Source: Octopus bimaculoides (taxonomy: Eukaryota). Taken from it: a stretch of 64,000 nt of DNA. The notes beneath the pieces were generated by a model. The model was not told where the DNA came from. It saw nothing but the letters and a program-made list of their open reading frames with translations, and made no database searches. Position numbers and translations under genes: made by a program. This document shows, piece after piece, positions 1 to 14,596 of this stretch. The stretch spans positions 16,448,978 through 16,512,977 of the forward strand of contig NC_069002.1 of NCBI RefSeq assembly GCF_001194135.2. The letters run 5' to 3'. The first letter of the stretch is position 1; each line of letters opens with the position of its first letter.

Positions 1-2465
1 TGATTTCAAAACTGCCATTGAAGCACTTATCGATTATATTTGGAGAATACGAATCAATTTGCTTCGCTCTTTCTTGAAGAACCCCAATATTTCTAGTTTT
101 TTTATGCAAACCTACATGTTAATGTATGTGTCATGTCTCAACGCTACACAGTGGCTGTTTGAGCATATCATCCTCGTCGCCACTGTTATGTCTCAAGCTA
201 CTGCTATCTAGTACTTTCGGATGATCTCTACTCAACCGCTACTCGACTGCTCCTCGTCAGCTACTCAACACCTCTACCACGGTCAGATTACCTCTATTTA
301 TATATCTTGGGAGATCCTACTTCTTCGTCTGGGGGCGTCGACACAACAGTATGTTAATGTATGTTAATGTATGCATGCATATATATGTAACTACAATATG
401 ACCAAATGGTTAAAAAGATTGCTTCACAATCACAGGCTCCTGTGTTCGATTTCCCTGTGTGACATCTTTGGTGTCTTTCACCATAGTTTTAAGATCGACC
501 CAAAGCTTGTGAGTAAAATTGGGATACATGGAAACTGTGAGGAAGCCCATCTGATGGAAGAGTGTGTTGCACGTTTACTGTGTCTGTGGAATAATCAACC
601 ATTATAAATTAATGAGCCACAAATTTTCTAAATGAGCAGCTAATTTAGTTCATCGCATGACTGGAACCTTTATACGTGAAACTAATAATCTTTTGTTGTT
701 GTTGCTGTTGTTGTTGTTATCGCTGAATCCAGTGGGGTGAAGGGCAGGAGCCGTGACCCTTTATAGCATCCCCTGCAGTTGGTGGGATAGAAAGGAAGGA
801 GAAGGAGAAGGGAATTATTCCCAAACCGGAGGCCAGCTCCAAATGTCGACAACAGAACAATCGCTGCTAAAGACACCCAAAGATCACGTTTGGATGTCAA
901 GCAGGGAAATGAATAAGAGGTCTATTATTCATATGGATAATTGCAACCTTCATGGGTTGTAGACGAACAAATGGCACAATGAATCCTGCCTGATGCTTTA
1001 ACCATTCCTCCAGTTCACCATTGTAGTCTGGAAACTCAAGTTATGGACCCTGGAGGGATAAAAGACAAAGATGACCTCAACCTGATTTGAATTTAGAGTG
1101 CTACAAACGAAAGTAGATACTACAATTCGTCCGCTACTTTGCAACTCTACCAGTTCACGAATGTACATATATGCAATAAAGAAAGAACTGGTTTCTAACC
1201 TAGGTCCATCAACAACTTATGTATGTATGTATGCATGCATGTATGTATGCATGTATGTATGTATGTATGTATGTATGTATGTATGTATGTATGCATGTCA
1301 AGTCAGATCTCTCTTTAATGTTACTGTTAACATGTGACCCAACATAATTTATTTCATATTCGGGTCATCGGCAAATAAAATGGCCAAGATTGCCTGCTGA
1401 TGAGGATGATTTTTGGACAACCAACTGACTAAAATAAACAAATCCCGTTAAAGGGATTTAGTCGTGAGGAATCTCATAATGAACTCACGAGGAATCGATG
1501 CGTTGTATGCAAATAAGCTTTGTTCAAATCTCTGCTAGCTTCTAGATATACTCACTACCGTAGCTAGGGGTAGTGGCAGGGACGGTCCTCCCCGGGCGGT
1601 ACTTTTGGGTCTGCTGTAGACAATATGTGTTTTTCGTGCGGTCTGGTGGCAGCAAACGAAAGGGCCGCCCCGAGCAGCACACACTCTAGCTACGCTAGCG
1701 GGTATACTTTGATGGTAAAAGTATCAGATTGGCACCCTGAAATCAAACGTTGCGATGCTTTTCTCTAGATTCCAGTTGTTGATACTTATTAAGTGTGATA
1801 CGTGTTGCACAAGCGTGTGTCTAATGACTTACAGATGTCTCATTCCATCTACTTCATCTTGTTTCTCTTTAAAAGCCTTGTGATGGTAGCTCAATGCACA
1901 AAAACTCTATGACGGTTATCGGAGTGATTACAGGTTGACTGAGATGGCTATCATTTGTCAAGATGAAGCAATCATCATTATCATGAATGTTCATATATAT
2001 ACGAATGGACGTACGTATTTTTGTATGTCTAAGTGTATGGATATAGGTATGTATGCATGTGTCTATATACTTATGTACATGCGTGTATGTATAGGTGTAT
2101 ATATATAAATATGTATATATGTACGAGTGTATAATATGTACGTACAATATGTTTACAGGTACAGGTGTGCGGGTGTATGTGTGTGCATGTGATTGTGTGT
2201 GTGTGTGTGTATTTGTATGTGTGTGCGTGTGATTGTGTGTGTGTGTGTGTATTTGTATGTGTGTGTGTGTGTGTGTACATGGATAAAGATAAGAACAACC
2301 ACTGACTGAAAGGAACAATGTGTCAAAATAATCACGTGGTTTAGAGTGACGTCATCAGAGAGTTAACGGGGAAATCTGTCACAGTGACTATTTTGGTCTA
2401 CCTTACACCACGGCGACTCATCGGTAAGTCCTGTGTGTTTATGTGTATGCAAAAATCTATAAGTT

Positions 2466-2522
<57 letters not shown>

Positions 2523-3220
2523 CTCTCTCTCTCTCTCTAGGTNNNNNNNNNNNNNNNNNNNNNNNNNNNNNNNNNNNNNNNNNNNNNNNNNNNNNNNNNN
2601 NNNNNNNNNNNNNNNNNNNNNNNNNNNNNNNNNNNNNNNNNNNNNNNNNNNNNNNNNNNNNNNNNNNNNNNNNNNNNNNNNNNNNNNNNNNNNNNNNNNN
2701 NNNNNNNNNNNNNNNNNNNNNNNNTATATAAATATATATATAAAATATGTATATATATATATAGATATATATATATAATATGTATGTATGTATGCATAAA
2801 TGTAACCCCAAGTTTCTCTTTCACATGCTATACAATTAAACCATGTATTTCTTTTAGTTAATTTCAAATAGTGCAAATACTACTACTACTACTACTACTA
2901 CTACTTGCTATCTACTTTCACTTTTCCATACCACAAAACTTTATATATCTGGGTGAAATATATTTCATAGGAAAGAACTAAACAAAGTGACTTTTACAGC
3001 CATCTCTCTCCCTCTACTTCTATCCTCTCTCGCATTCTGTGTGCATGTGTGTGTCTGTGTGTGTGTGTATGTATGTATGTATGTATGTATGTGTGCAGAT
3101 TTGTATGTTTTGTTTTATGTACGTCTTCTCATGCAAATACTTGCATATCTAGACATGCTTATTTATACTTAAATGATAAACTTCTGGAAAGTTTTACAGA
3201 TTTTTGTTTGTTTGTTTGTT

Positions 3221-3252
<32 letters not shown>

Positions 3253-4761
3253 TGTATGCATGCATGTATGTATGTATGTATGTATGTATGCATGTATGTA
3301 TGTACGTACGTGTATGTATGTATGTATGTATGTATGTATATATATATATATATATATANNNNNNNNNNNNNNNNNNNNNNNNNNNNNNNNNNNNNNNNNN
3401 NNNNNNNNNNNNNNNNNNNNNNNNNNNNNNNNNNNNNNNNNNNNNNNNNNNNNNNNNNNNNNNNNNNNNNNNNNNNNNNNNNNNNNNNNNNNNNNNNNNN
3501 NNNNNNNNNNNNNNNNNNNNNNNNNNNNNNNNNATATATATGCAACGGGCTTCTTTCAGTTTCTGTCTGCCAAATCCACTCACAAGGCTTTGGTCGGCCC
3601 GAGGCTATAGTAGAAGACACTTGCTTGAGGTACCACACTGTGGCACTGAACCCGGAACCATGTGATTGGTAAGCAAGCTACTTACCATACAGCCACTCCT
3701 ACACCCATGTGTATAAATATTTATTAATGTTTTTTTTTTATGTGAAGTTATAAGAAAAACGATTCAGCATTAAACTAAAGAATTATTCAATGCTTTTTGC
3801 AGAGTTGACATTAATTATACTTTTACTTTTACAATAAGAGGGGTGAAAGTGAATTTGAAGTGTTGACCTGGTTAGCATTTGTTGGGTACCCCGCTTCTTA
3901 TAAAAATATAATTGATATATATATGTGTGTGTGTGTGTTTATTTTAACGTATCTTGATTATGTTATCTCTCCCTCTCTCCACACGCACATGTGTGCGCAC
4001 ACACTCACACACATACATATTCTGACTTGATATTATTGCTAAAACAATGTCCAATGCTATCCACAGAAGGGACTGCTGTGGAATAAATATAAATATCTCT
4101 GCAATGAAGCACATATCAGCACAAGGAATATTAATGAAGAATTCCTATCAAAACATCTTCAAAGAGCAAACATAACAGATCTGATGTAGTTTTTGGGAAC
4201 TATAAAGAAATGTCATGTCCAGTCATAAAGGTTAATTGCCTTGCTGATGTGACCACTTCTTCCAAAATCACCCAGCAGAATATCCATGGACAATTACTTT
4301 TAAATCTGAAACTCCTCAACTCTGGTTATAAATTTACATTTATATTAATAGTCATTTGTGCATTTGGTTATGTCAGGAAATGTCCAAACCACAATCTAGA
4401 GATGCTAGGATTTTCAAGCAAAGATAGAAGCCTGCTAACATAAATGTTACTGATGCGTGTATAAGTGGAACAGTAAAAATATCCAAACTCTAATAATGGA
4501 TTTTGGATAACAATAATCTAGTTCTTTATCGAAACCAACTCCTTCATTCTAGAAAGAATATGAATAAATAAAAGTATTAAAATGCAAGCAAACAGGTGCA
4601 GACATGGCTGTGTGGTAAGAAGCTTATTTCCCAACCACATGGTTCCAGGTTCAGTCCCACTGCACAGCACCTTGGCAAGTGTCTTCTACTATAGCCTTGG
4701 GCTGACCAAAGCCTTGTAAGAGGATTTGGTAGACAGAAACTGAATGAAGCCTGTTGTATAA

Positions 4762-4823
<62 letters not shown>

Positions 4824-6646
4824 TCATCATCATCATCATCATCGTCGTCGTCGTCATTTAACGTCCACTTTCCATGCTAGCATGGGTAAGACGATTTGAC
4901 TGAGGACTAGCGAACCAGAAGGCTGCACCAAGCTCCAATCTGATCTGGCAGAGTTTCTACAGCTGGATGCCCTTCCTAACACCAACCACTCTGAGAATGT
5001 AGTGGGTGCTTTTACGTGCCACCAGCATGAGGACCAGTCAGACGGTACTGGTAATGGCCATGCTCAAATGGTGTTTTTTACATGCCATCTGCACAGGAGT
5101 CAGTCCAGTGGCACTGGCAATGACCTCACTCAAATGTGTTTTCGCGTGCCAGTAAGGCGATGCTATATATATATATATATATGTATATCTACAACAGGCT
5201 TCTTTCAGTTTAAAAAAGTGCTCGCACATGGCTAAGAGTTGTTTTGACTCTTATTTCTAGCAATGCTGGTTCTTACTGGCACCCTCTTTCAATTTAGTGA
5301 AAACTGTACTTGTTGCCTATCAGTTTTAAATTGCGAATAGCCACCTTAATAATTTATAATTCTTACTTCCCCATTTTTGAAATCAGTCAATGTTTCGTCT
5401 GGTGTTCTATATAAGAGTGCTACTCAAAGTGGTGGGCTGTGGACCATCAGTTGCCACTATTCTGTTAGTTTCCAGAAAAGAAAGATACATTATAAAATGC
5501 ATATAAAATGCTTATGTAATATTGTATTATCTGTTTACGAAATAAATATAAAATTTTTTAAATTGTCAACTTTAATTATATTCATTATATATATTGTTTC
5601 TGATATAAATTAATATTACTAAGAAATATTACCGGTCCCTGGCACACTGGAAAATAAAAAAATTGCCAGTACACCACCAGATAGTTTGAGAAGCACTGTT
5701 TTATAAGGCTGACAAGGTGACTTAGGTTCTTTAACCCTCGGCAACGGAGTAATGGGTCACTGACGAAGATTAGTTAAATCTGAAATCAGAGTTGATATGA
5801 GTCCATCTCGCATGTTATAGGGATTGAACCTGTCTCCCTTGTCAGTCGTTAGAAAAGTGCTCTCACATGGCTAAAGAGTTGTTTTGACTCTTATTTCTAG
5901 CAATGCTGGTGCTTACTAACACCCTCCATCACTTTAGTGACCTCTGTACTTGTTACCTATCAGTTTTAAATTGTGACTAGCTACCTTAATAATTTGTGTG
6001 TGTGTATTCATGTCTTTGTGTCCGTGTTTACCCCCACCCCCACCACCACCATCACTTGACAATCAAGGTTGGTGTGTTTCTGTCCCTGTAATTTACCAGT
6101 TCAGCAAAAGAGACTGGTTGAATAAGTACTAGGCTTACAAAGAATAAGTCCTGCGGTCAATTTTTTCAACTGAAAAACTCTAGAAGGCAGTGCTCCAGCA
6201 TGGCCACAGTCAAATGACTGAAACAAGCAGAAGAAGACAAGAATAAAACATACACAGTAGATGTTGACTTGTAAGATGAATATGACCATCACTGACAAAT
6301 TATCTTAACCTAAATGTTAAAGACAATGGCAGCCAACATTAGCCATGCTGAAATATATAATTACAACATGGCTAGAATTCTGACCTAGATTGCTAAGTGG
6401 TCCAGAATCAAGCAAGTGCAAGATCTCCGGCTTAGCATTGAGGTGGATGATATTCTAGGATTTCCTTTTCCTAAGCATTTGGTTGAAATGCAGCTTGAAG
6501 GCAGACACTTTCATTGGCTTATTTGCAGGCAAGGACGTTACATTCATTATTTCTGTGTCCTCCTTCAGAAGTGGACAATGAAGTTGGAGGTGAGAGGATT
6601 GATAAATCTGCCAACCCACCCAATAAATACATACACACACACATGC

Positions 6647-6677
<31 letters not shown>

Positions 6678-7184
6678 NNNNNNNNNNNNNNNNNNNNNNN
6701 NNNNNNNNNNNNNNNNNNNNNNNNNNNNNNNNNNNNNNNNNNNNNNNNNNNNNNNNNNNNNNNNNNNNNNNNNNNNNNNNNNNNNNNNNNNNNNNNNNNN
6801 NNNNNNNNNNNNNNNNNNNNNNNNNNNNNNNNNNNNNNNNNNNNNNNNNNNNNNNNNNNNNNNNNNNNNNNNNNNNNNNNNNNNNNNNNNNNNNNNNNNN
6901 NNNNNNNNNNNNNNNNNNNNNNNNNNNNNNNNNNNNNNNNNNNNNNNNNNNNNNNNNNNNNNNNNNNNNNNNNNNNNNNNNNNNNNNNNNNNNNNNNNNN
7001 NNNNNNNNNNNNNNNNNNNNNNNNNNNNNNNNNNNNNNNNNNNNNNNNNNNNNNNNNNNNNNNNNNNNNNNNNNNNNNNNNNNNNNNNNNNNNNNNNNNN
7101 NNNNNNNNNNNNNNNNNNNNNNNNNNNNNNNNNNNNNNNNNNNNNNNNNNNNNNNNNNNNNNNNNNNNNNNNNNNNNNNNNNNN

Positions 7185-7216
<32 letters not shown>

Positions 7217-9527
7217 GTATGTATATACAACACATTTTAGATGTAGTTAATGCATCAGCATGGCCGCTGCTCTAAGCTGAAACTATAAAAAAAAATTTTT
7301 TTTAAAAAAGTAAATCATGTATTGAATAATTCATCACATGTGTGTGCATGTTTGTTTATGTGTGATTGTGTGTGTTTGTGTATGGTAAATAAAGATCTCA
7401 GTATATGCTGTAGAGAATATTCAATATTTTAAAATAAAAAAATCAATTCAAAAAAGTCCTGGATCAATTCGGAATTGATAGAATGAAGAAATCAGTTATT
7501 GATATTGGAGACTTCTTGAGTATCATCAAAGATGTTGCTAAGACATTGTCGATTATTACCAAAATTTATTACTAACATATTTACAATTACCTTACTTAAC
7601 ATATATATGGTTACTTAAATATATTACAAAAAAAAAGAGACTGATTACTACCACATGTTCGCACTCCGTCGCTTACAACGTCAGGGTTCCAACAGAACAG
7701 CCTGCTCATGAAATTAACATGCAAGTGGCTGAGCACTCCACAGACACGTGTACCCTTAACGTAGTTCTCAGGGGATATTCAGCGTGACACAGTGTGACAA
7801 GGCTGACCCTTTGAAATACAGGTACAACAGAAACAGGAAGTAAGAGTGAGAGAAAGTTGTGGTGGAAGAGTACAGCAGGGTTCGCCACCATCCCCTGCCG
7901 GAGCCTCATGGAGTTTTTTAGGTGTTTTCGCTCAATAAACACTCACAACGCCCGGTCTGGGAATCAAAACCGCGATCCTATGACTTCCAGTCCACTGCCC
8001 TAACCATTGGGCCATTGCCCCTCCACACTACCACATATATTATTGGTATAATAATAGCTATGGTTATTTTGTCTGTCTTTACGTTCTGAGTTCAAATTCT
8101 GGTAAGGTCATCTTTGCCTTTCATCCTTTCGGGGTCGATAAATTAAGTACCAGTTGCATACTGGGGTCGATCTAATCGACTGGCCCCCTCTCCAAAAATT
8201 TCAGTCCTTGTGCCTAAAGTAGAAAAGAATAATAGCTATTGTCAACTAAATTATATACTATTGCTAAATATATGACAAATATAATATTAACTGTAACTAA
8301 ATATTTTACTAATATATTATTTACTATTAACAAATACATTAATATTTACTATTACCTATTTACTGTACTTGATTACAAATACACTTGTCACTACTACTAC
8401 CTATTATTGATATAATAGCGACTATTACTAAATATCAACATTTACTATTACTAAATAATTGACTTATATATCATTTACCATTAATAAATATATTAATTGT
8501 GTCTGGGGAGAGTCATTTTCTTATTGTGCCTTAAAATTTAACACACACACTGGTAAAATTTCCACTTATTTCTTATTTTTATTTTCTTAAAATTTTCATT
8601 GCGTCTTGCAAACCTTTTCAATAGTCTTACGAAATCACATAAAAAATCTTGCAAACCAAATCCAAAAATGAAATATATTAATATTTACTATTTGCTATAT
8701 CTGGTTACCAAATTTATTACAAAGATAGCATTTACTATTACTAGTTATATTCCTAATATATTGTTCAGTTTTGCCAAATATATAACTAAGTGGATCTTTA
8801 CATGTGGTGCACCAAAACATTTTGGTGTTGTTATTAAATTAATTTTCAGAACAGTTTTCATTGAAACATTTGTACGGATTCTCTCATGTCTTAAATCTAT
8901 TTAATATAATATAGTTGGCCAGTGCAAAGTAGTTCTGTGAAACCAAGTAACATAAGATTAGCAGAGCAACATACAAACCACATTTCCCTGCTTTTGTTGT
9001 TATATTTTGATTTCTTTGTATCTGTCACATACTTCATGGTACACTCCACATTGATGTAGCCACTAACGACCAGGTCAGAGCTAATAACATCCGTCAGAAA
9101 GTGTTAATTAGATCTATGACTGTAGTGAAGTAAGTGCATTGTAATTTATACATGCTTGTGTTTCTTGAAATGTTGTTATTGATTTCTATGACCTGGAAAA
9201 ACAGAAGGAATGAAGAATATTTAAAATGATAGTCCCACAGCATGGTATCTTGTGGCAGTGTTTTCTCTTTTAGTCTTAGGCTAACCAATGCCTTTTAAAT
9301 CAAACTGGTTTATTCTTTAACTCTTTTACTTGTTTCAGTCATTTGACTGCGGCCATGCTGGAGCACTGCCTTTAGTCGAGCAAATCGACCCCAGGACTTA
9401 TTCTTTGGAAGCCTAATACTTATTCTATCAGTCTCTTTTGCTGAACTGCTAAGTAACAGGGACGTAAACACACCAGCATTAGTTGTCAAGCGATGTTGGG
9501 GGGACAAACACAGACACACAAACATAT

Positions 9528-9593
<66 letters not shown>

Positions 9594-10141
9594 ATACTCT
9601 TTACTCTTTACTCTTTTACTTGTTTCAGTCATTNNNNNNNNNNNNNNNNNNNNNNNNNNNNNNNNNNNNNNNNNNNNNNNNNNNNNNNNNNNNNNNNNNN
9701 NNNNNNNNNNNNNNNNNNNNNNNNNNNNNNNNNNNNNNNNNNNNNNNNNNNNNNNNNNNNNNNNNNNNNNNNNNNNNNNNNNNNNNNNNNNNNNNNNNNN
9801 NNNNNNNNNNNNNNNNNNNNNNNNNNNNNNNNNNNNNNNNNNNNNNNNNNNNNNNNNNNNNNNNNNNNNNNNNNNNNNNNNNNNNNNNNNNNNNNNNNNN
9901 NNNNNNNNNNNNNNNNNNNNNNNNNNNNNNNNNNNNNNNNNNNNNNNNNNNNNNNNNNNATAGTAGAAGACACTTGCCCAAGGTGCCACACAGTGGAACT
10001 GAACCCAGAACCATGTGGTTGGTAAGCAAGCTACTTACCACACAGCCACTCCTGCACCTATAAAATGATGAATAACCTTAATCGATTTTCGAACCTTATT
10101 GGGTTCTCAACAGAGAAGTCTACATCATGTGTGCGTGCGAA

Positions 10142-10184
<43 letters not shown>

Positions 10185-12083
10185 GTGCATGCGTATTAAT
10201 ACATACATTTACACACACGTGTGATGGATCTCTGTTGTTCAGCTAAATTATTCATTCATTGAATTAATGTGTAAGCGGCTGAGTACTCCACAGACATGTG
10301 TTACCCTTAAAGCAATTCTCATTTAGAATCAACATGGTGCAGTGAGGGTCAAGGCTGGACTTCTTGAATCCCAGGTAGGATCCATCTGATAAGCAGCACT
10401 TTCACTCTGGTTTCACTCACAAAGAATGGATCCATCTGAGAAGTTGTTTGTTATTGCTCTTCTCTTTGACCTATTTTGATGAATAACGACCAACTTCAGC
10501 AGGGGTGGGATAGGATGGGAGGCTGTCATGGAAGTTGCAGATATTACAGCTAGTCATGTGTGTGTGTGTGAAATAATGTCATATCTCTACTAAACAACAG
10601 CTCAATAATGAAATCTTTTGAATAAAACCCAGCCAATAAAGGGTGGAGGCATGTGGCTTAGTGGTTAGGGTGTTGGACTCATGATTGCAACATTGTGGTT
10701 TTGATTCCTGGACCAGGTGACGCATTGTATTTTTGAGCTCCAGTCCACTCAGGTGGCAAAAATGAGTAATCCTGCAATGGACCAGTGTTCCGTCCAGGTG
10801 GGAAATATATACGCCATGGAACCGAGAAACCAGCCTTTATGAATCGGCATGGCTCTAGAAGGTAACTTTATTTTTTAATCAATAAAGGAAGTCCACTAGA
10901 AATAGTGGTTTCAAATTTTGGCACAAGGCCAGCAATTTCAGGGGGAAATTGATTTCATCAACCCCAGTGCTCAGCTGGTACTTATTTTATTGACCCCTGA
11001 AAGGACAAAAGGCAAACTCGACTCAGACAGCATTTGAACTCAGAACGTAAAAACAGATGAAATGTTGCTAAGCATTTTATCCAGAGTGCTAACAACTCGG
11101 CAAGCAAACCACCTTATATGTTAGAAATATTAAGAACAATGCTAGAGAAGGGTAAAGGATAAAGGGCCCTTCAATCATGAATGACCATGGGATTACACAT
11201 AGAAAGTTATCCTCCGAGGCATAAGTCCAGGCATGGTTGTTTATAGAAGACCAGCAGTCGCCCATGCATACCAGCCTCCCCTCTCCACACCACTGATGTT
11301 ATCCAAGGGAAAGGCGAAGGCCAAAACAGCTTGGTACCAATGATGTCGTAACTCATTTTTACAGATGAGTGAACTGGAGCAATGTGAAATAAAGTGTTTT
11401 GCTGAAGAACACAACACATTGCCTAATCTGGAAATTGAACTCACTACCTCATAATTATGAGCCCAACACTCTAAACCACTGAGCCATGTGCCTAGAGAAG
11501 AGTAAATCATTAGCAACGCCCTTAATATCCCAAATATCCTGAACCCTATTGTAACAATGAATAAACCCCTACACACAACTTGAATATAAAATGCAACAAA
11601 GCTGACTATGTTTGTATGTGTGCTTTTGTGTTTGTGGTTCATATAGACATTGTTTGGACAAGAGTGGTCTGCATTTAGGTCAGGTAAATAAAGAGTTCAA
11701 CAAATGGAGAATGATAAATAACAGACTTAAAATAACTACTGAGGGTTGATATAATTCACAAAGTAAACCTACAAGGTGATGCTCCAGCATGGCCCCGGTC
11801 CAATCACTAGAACAAGTAAAAGAACAAAGAATGTATATATTTTCCAGGTCAACATTATAGATGCTATTGTTACCTGTGATAAGAAAATAACTGAGTCCTA
11901 TATTTTAGCAGTTTATAAAAACGATTGTTAGCTCAACACTAGGTGTGATTAAACTTTCTGGCAGTTTGGTTGGTGACTTATCAGTCAAGACAAATTAAGG
12001 AGAAATCAATCCTTTATACTTGTCGTGTTTACAAACAGAAAAACATATTGATGACATGAGTAATATATATATATATATATATA

Positions 12084-12238
12084 GGCGCAGGAGTGACTGT
12101 GTGGTAGGTAGCTAGCTTACCAACCACATGGTTCCGGGTTCATTCCCACTGCGTGGCACCTTGGGCAAGTGTCTTCTACTATAGCCTCGGGCCGACCAAA
12201 GCCTTGTGAGTGGATTTGGTAGAAAGAAGCCCGTCGTA

Positions 12239-12240
<2 letters not shown>
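12084..12240 (+). mobile_element. tRNA-derived SINE, family 1 (representative)
   Basis: GGCGCAGGAGTG.CTGTGTGGT..GTTCCGGGTTC..ACTATAGCCTCGGGCCGACCAAAGCCTTGTGAGTGGATTTGGTAG. Related copies near 3540-3690, 4595-4760, 9960-10060, 16090-16240, 27020-27190, 50215-50375 and 56030-56175. Confidence 0.85.
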
Positions 12241-12294
<54 letters not shown>

Positions 12295-12700
12295 TGCAGG
12301 CATGGCTGTGTGGTAAGAAGTTTGCCTCCAAATCACATGGTGGCACCTTGGGCAAGTGTCTTTTACCTTAGCTTCGGGCCAACCAACTGGTGTTGGTGTG
12401 TTTATGTCCCTGTAGCTTAGCAGTTCAGCAAAAGAGACAAATAGAATAAGTAGCAGGCTGAATGAAAAAATAAGTATCAGGGTTAGTTCATTCAACAAAA
12501 AATTCTTCAAGGTGGTGCCCCAGCATGGCTGCAGTTTCATGATTGAAACAAATAAAAGATAATAAAAGATATATGTATAAACCATAATACAGATGGGTTG
12601 AGGTTCGTTTCAGTGGGTTATTGATGAACAAAAGTGTTACATCAAGCAAAAAATACATTTTCTTCAAGTAAATAAAGAGAAAATTTAACAATTAGAAATG

Positions 12701-13165
12701 TTAAATCTCTGAACGAGGTATAAGCAGTAACTGCACGACAACAGAAAGTATATTTGCCACTTAAATGTGGCTGATCCCTAAGGGTAGATGTTACTGTTGC
12801 TTTTAGCCCCAGGAAAACATCTCCTCCAGCTGGCTATTGACACACTTTCTGTGCCCTGTCAGTATTTGCAAAGGGAGGTCATCCTTCCCATTGTCACTGG
12901 AAAAAGGATATAAGTATTTGCATTGGGAGCCCTTCGCATTGAAGATCGGTGATTGTCGTACGCTGACGAAGGGTAAATACCCCGAAAACTCGGGTCCATG
13001 CGTATCACGTCAGATCAAGATGGGAAGGATTACTTCCCTTTGCAAATATCGACAGGGCACAGAAAGTGTGTCAATAGCCAGCTGGAGGAGATGTTCTCCT
13101 GGGGCTAAAAGCAACAGTAACATTCACCCTTAGGGTTTAGCCGCATTTAAGTGGCAAATATACTT
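12701..13165 (+). mobile_element. Fold-back element (family A) with 146-bp inverted arms, central hammerhead motif and 13-bp TSD
   Basis: Arms 12746-12891 and 13020-13165 are reverse complements with about 10 mismatches. Direct repeat TTAACAATTAGAA at 12685-12697 and 13164-13176. Second copy at about 60054-60375. Confidence 0.85.
12957..13002 (+). ncRNA. Type I minimal hammerhead ribozyme motif (slightly degenerate)
   Basis: Stem I CGTACG/CATGCG (1 mismatch), core CTGACGA 12963-12969, stem II GGG/CCC, GAAA 12984-12987 followed by one extra A, near-palindromic CTCGG, GTC triplet 12994-12996. Confidence 0.65.
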
Positions 13166-13605
13166 AACAATTAGAATGTCTCACAAAATAGAACAGAGAG
13201 AAAGATGACCCAACCAGCCAGGTTACGGCTGTGCAATGTGTGTGTGTATGTTAGCACACATTTGGTTTGATGTCAACTGATCAAAAATAATTAATTAAAT
13301 TACAATTGATTGAAAATAGTTGTATGTCAAAACAATCGATCAAAGTTATAATTAATCAAAGTAAAAGTTGCTTAAATCAATAATTAATTAAATTAAAACA
13401 TTAAAAATGTGATATAAACACACCAGTTGTCAAGCGACAAAGGTGGGGGGGGGACAAACACAGACACAAAAACACACATACACACATGACGGGCTTCTTT
13501 CAGTTTCCATCTACCAAATCCACTCGCAAGGCTTTGATCGGCCTGAGGCTATAGTACAAGACATTTTCCCAAGGTGCCAGGCAGTGGGATTCAACCATAT
13601 ATATA

Positions 13606-13669
<64 letters not shown>

Positions 13670-14059
13670 AGAACTAATCTATAAGTATTAACCTGTATTT
13701 AAAATGCTTGTATTCATGTGTCAGGGTTATCACAGAAATCAAAACTTTGACATACCAAGCAGAAAAAGTGGTACCATTATTATTTAGGATATCAACTAGC
13801 TCTGTACAGTAGAATATTCCATTTTTGAACTTCTTTCTTTCAACATCTCAAATGTAAGTTCTCTTTCCTGGAGACAGAGGCTCGTCTCATCTGACGATGG
13901 AATGAATCGACAAACATTATTTTGGACCAGAAACAGTTGTTGGATTTGTAATGCTTTCCTTTCATTCTCTATATCATTTCTTTTCTGTGTAAGTCAGACA
14001 TTTTTGTATATAAACACATATACATTTTTTTGTATTTCATGTATTTAGTATACTTTATA

Positions 14060-14596
14060 TATTGCAATGTGGGGAGTTAGGGGTGATGTGGTTGCAGAAA
14101 TTGTCTGACAGCCATGACTGGGTTCTCCTGCTTGTGTGGCATAGGGCAGAGTCCTGTTGCTAGACCTAGGGTCTTCCAGCAGCTACCCTCTTGACCCAGG
14201 GCAGCACTACCTCCTCCTGGCACTTGATGTAGGCCTCTGCTTTGAGTCTGAGACCATGTGGGAAAATGAATGGAGGCATAACGTTGCTATCACTAGTGAT
14301 CACTCCAAACACCATGATGTTGACTGGGTGTTTGATTTTTATCACTCTTGGTGTATGTCCTGAGATTGACACCCAAACACTCTGAAATTTTCGTTTTGGA
14401 GTTTCCGGTGCAAATGCCAAGCAGTACAGCATGTCATTTCCAAATTTCTGGCAGAGTGAATTGCATTATGGTGCTGTTTTTCTCACAGACGGTGCCCAAC
14501 TGATCCTACTATACTGTGTAGTCGACAAAATCAAAAACAATGTGCATGCACAAAATAAAAAATATAAAATGGCGACAGTTTACCCATCGCTCCCTG
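14060..14596 (-). mobile_element. Decayed IS630/Tc1/mariner (maT-like) transposase fragment with one terminal repeat
   Basis: Minus-strand KHPVNIMVFGVITSD..MPPFIFPHGLRL..AYIKC.EEVVLPW...AAGRP.VWQQDSA.CHTSRRTQSWL. The CAGGGAGCG end is followed by TA at 14597. Confidence 0.85.

Noticed and set aside
200-265. Minus-strand CTGACGA...GAAA hammerhead-like pattern
   Set aside because: Stem II would need a loop of about 30 nt, and no stem I can be formed.
1397-1465. CTGATGA followed by a hairpin ending in GTC
   Set aside because: No GAAA core segment and no stem I.
4100-4550. Possible piggyBac relic (RISMDNYF then LKLLNSGYKFT on the + strand)
   Set aside because: Only one short motif resembles piggyBac DNxFTS, amid many stops and frameshifts; too weak to call.
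5367-13984. Minus-strand exon-like segments with good splice signals (about 13756-13984, 10420-10470, 9033-9192, 5367-5470)
   Set aside because: Each needs a frameshift or contains stops, phases do not chain convincingly, and I recognise no protein. A TBLASTX or RNA-seq check would be needed to revive them.
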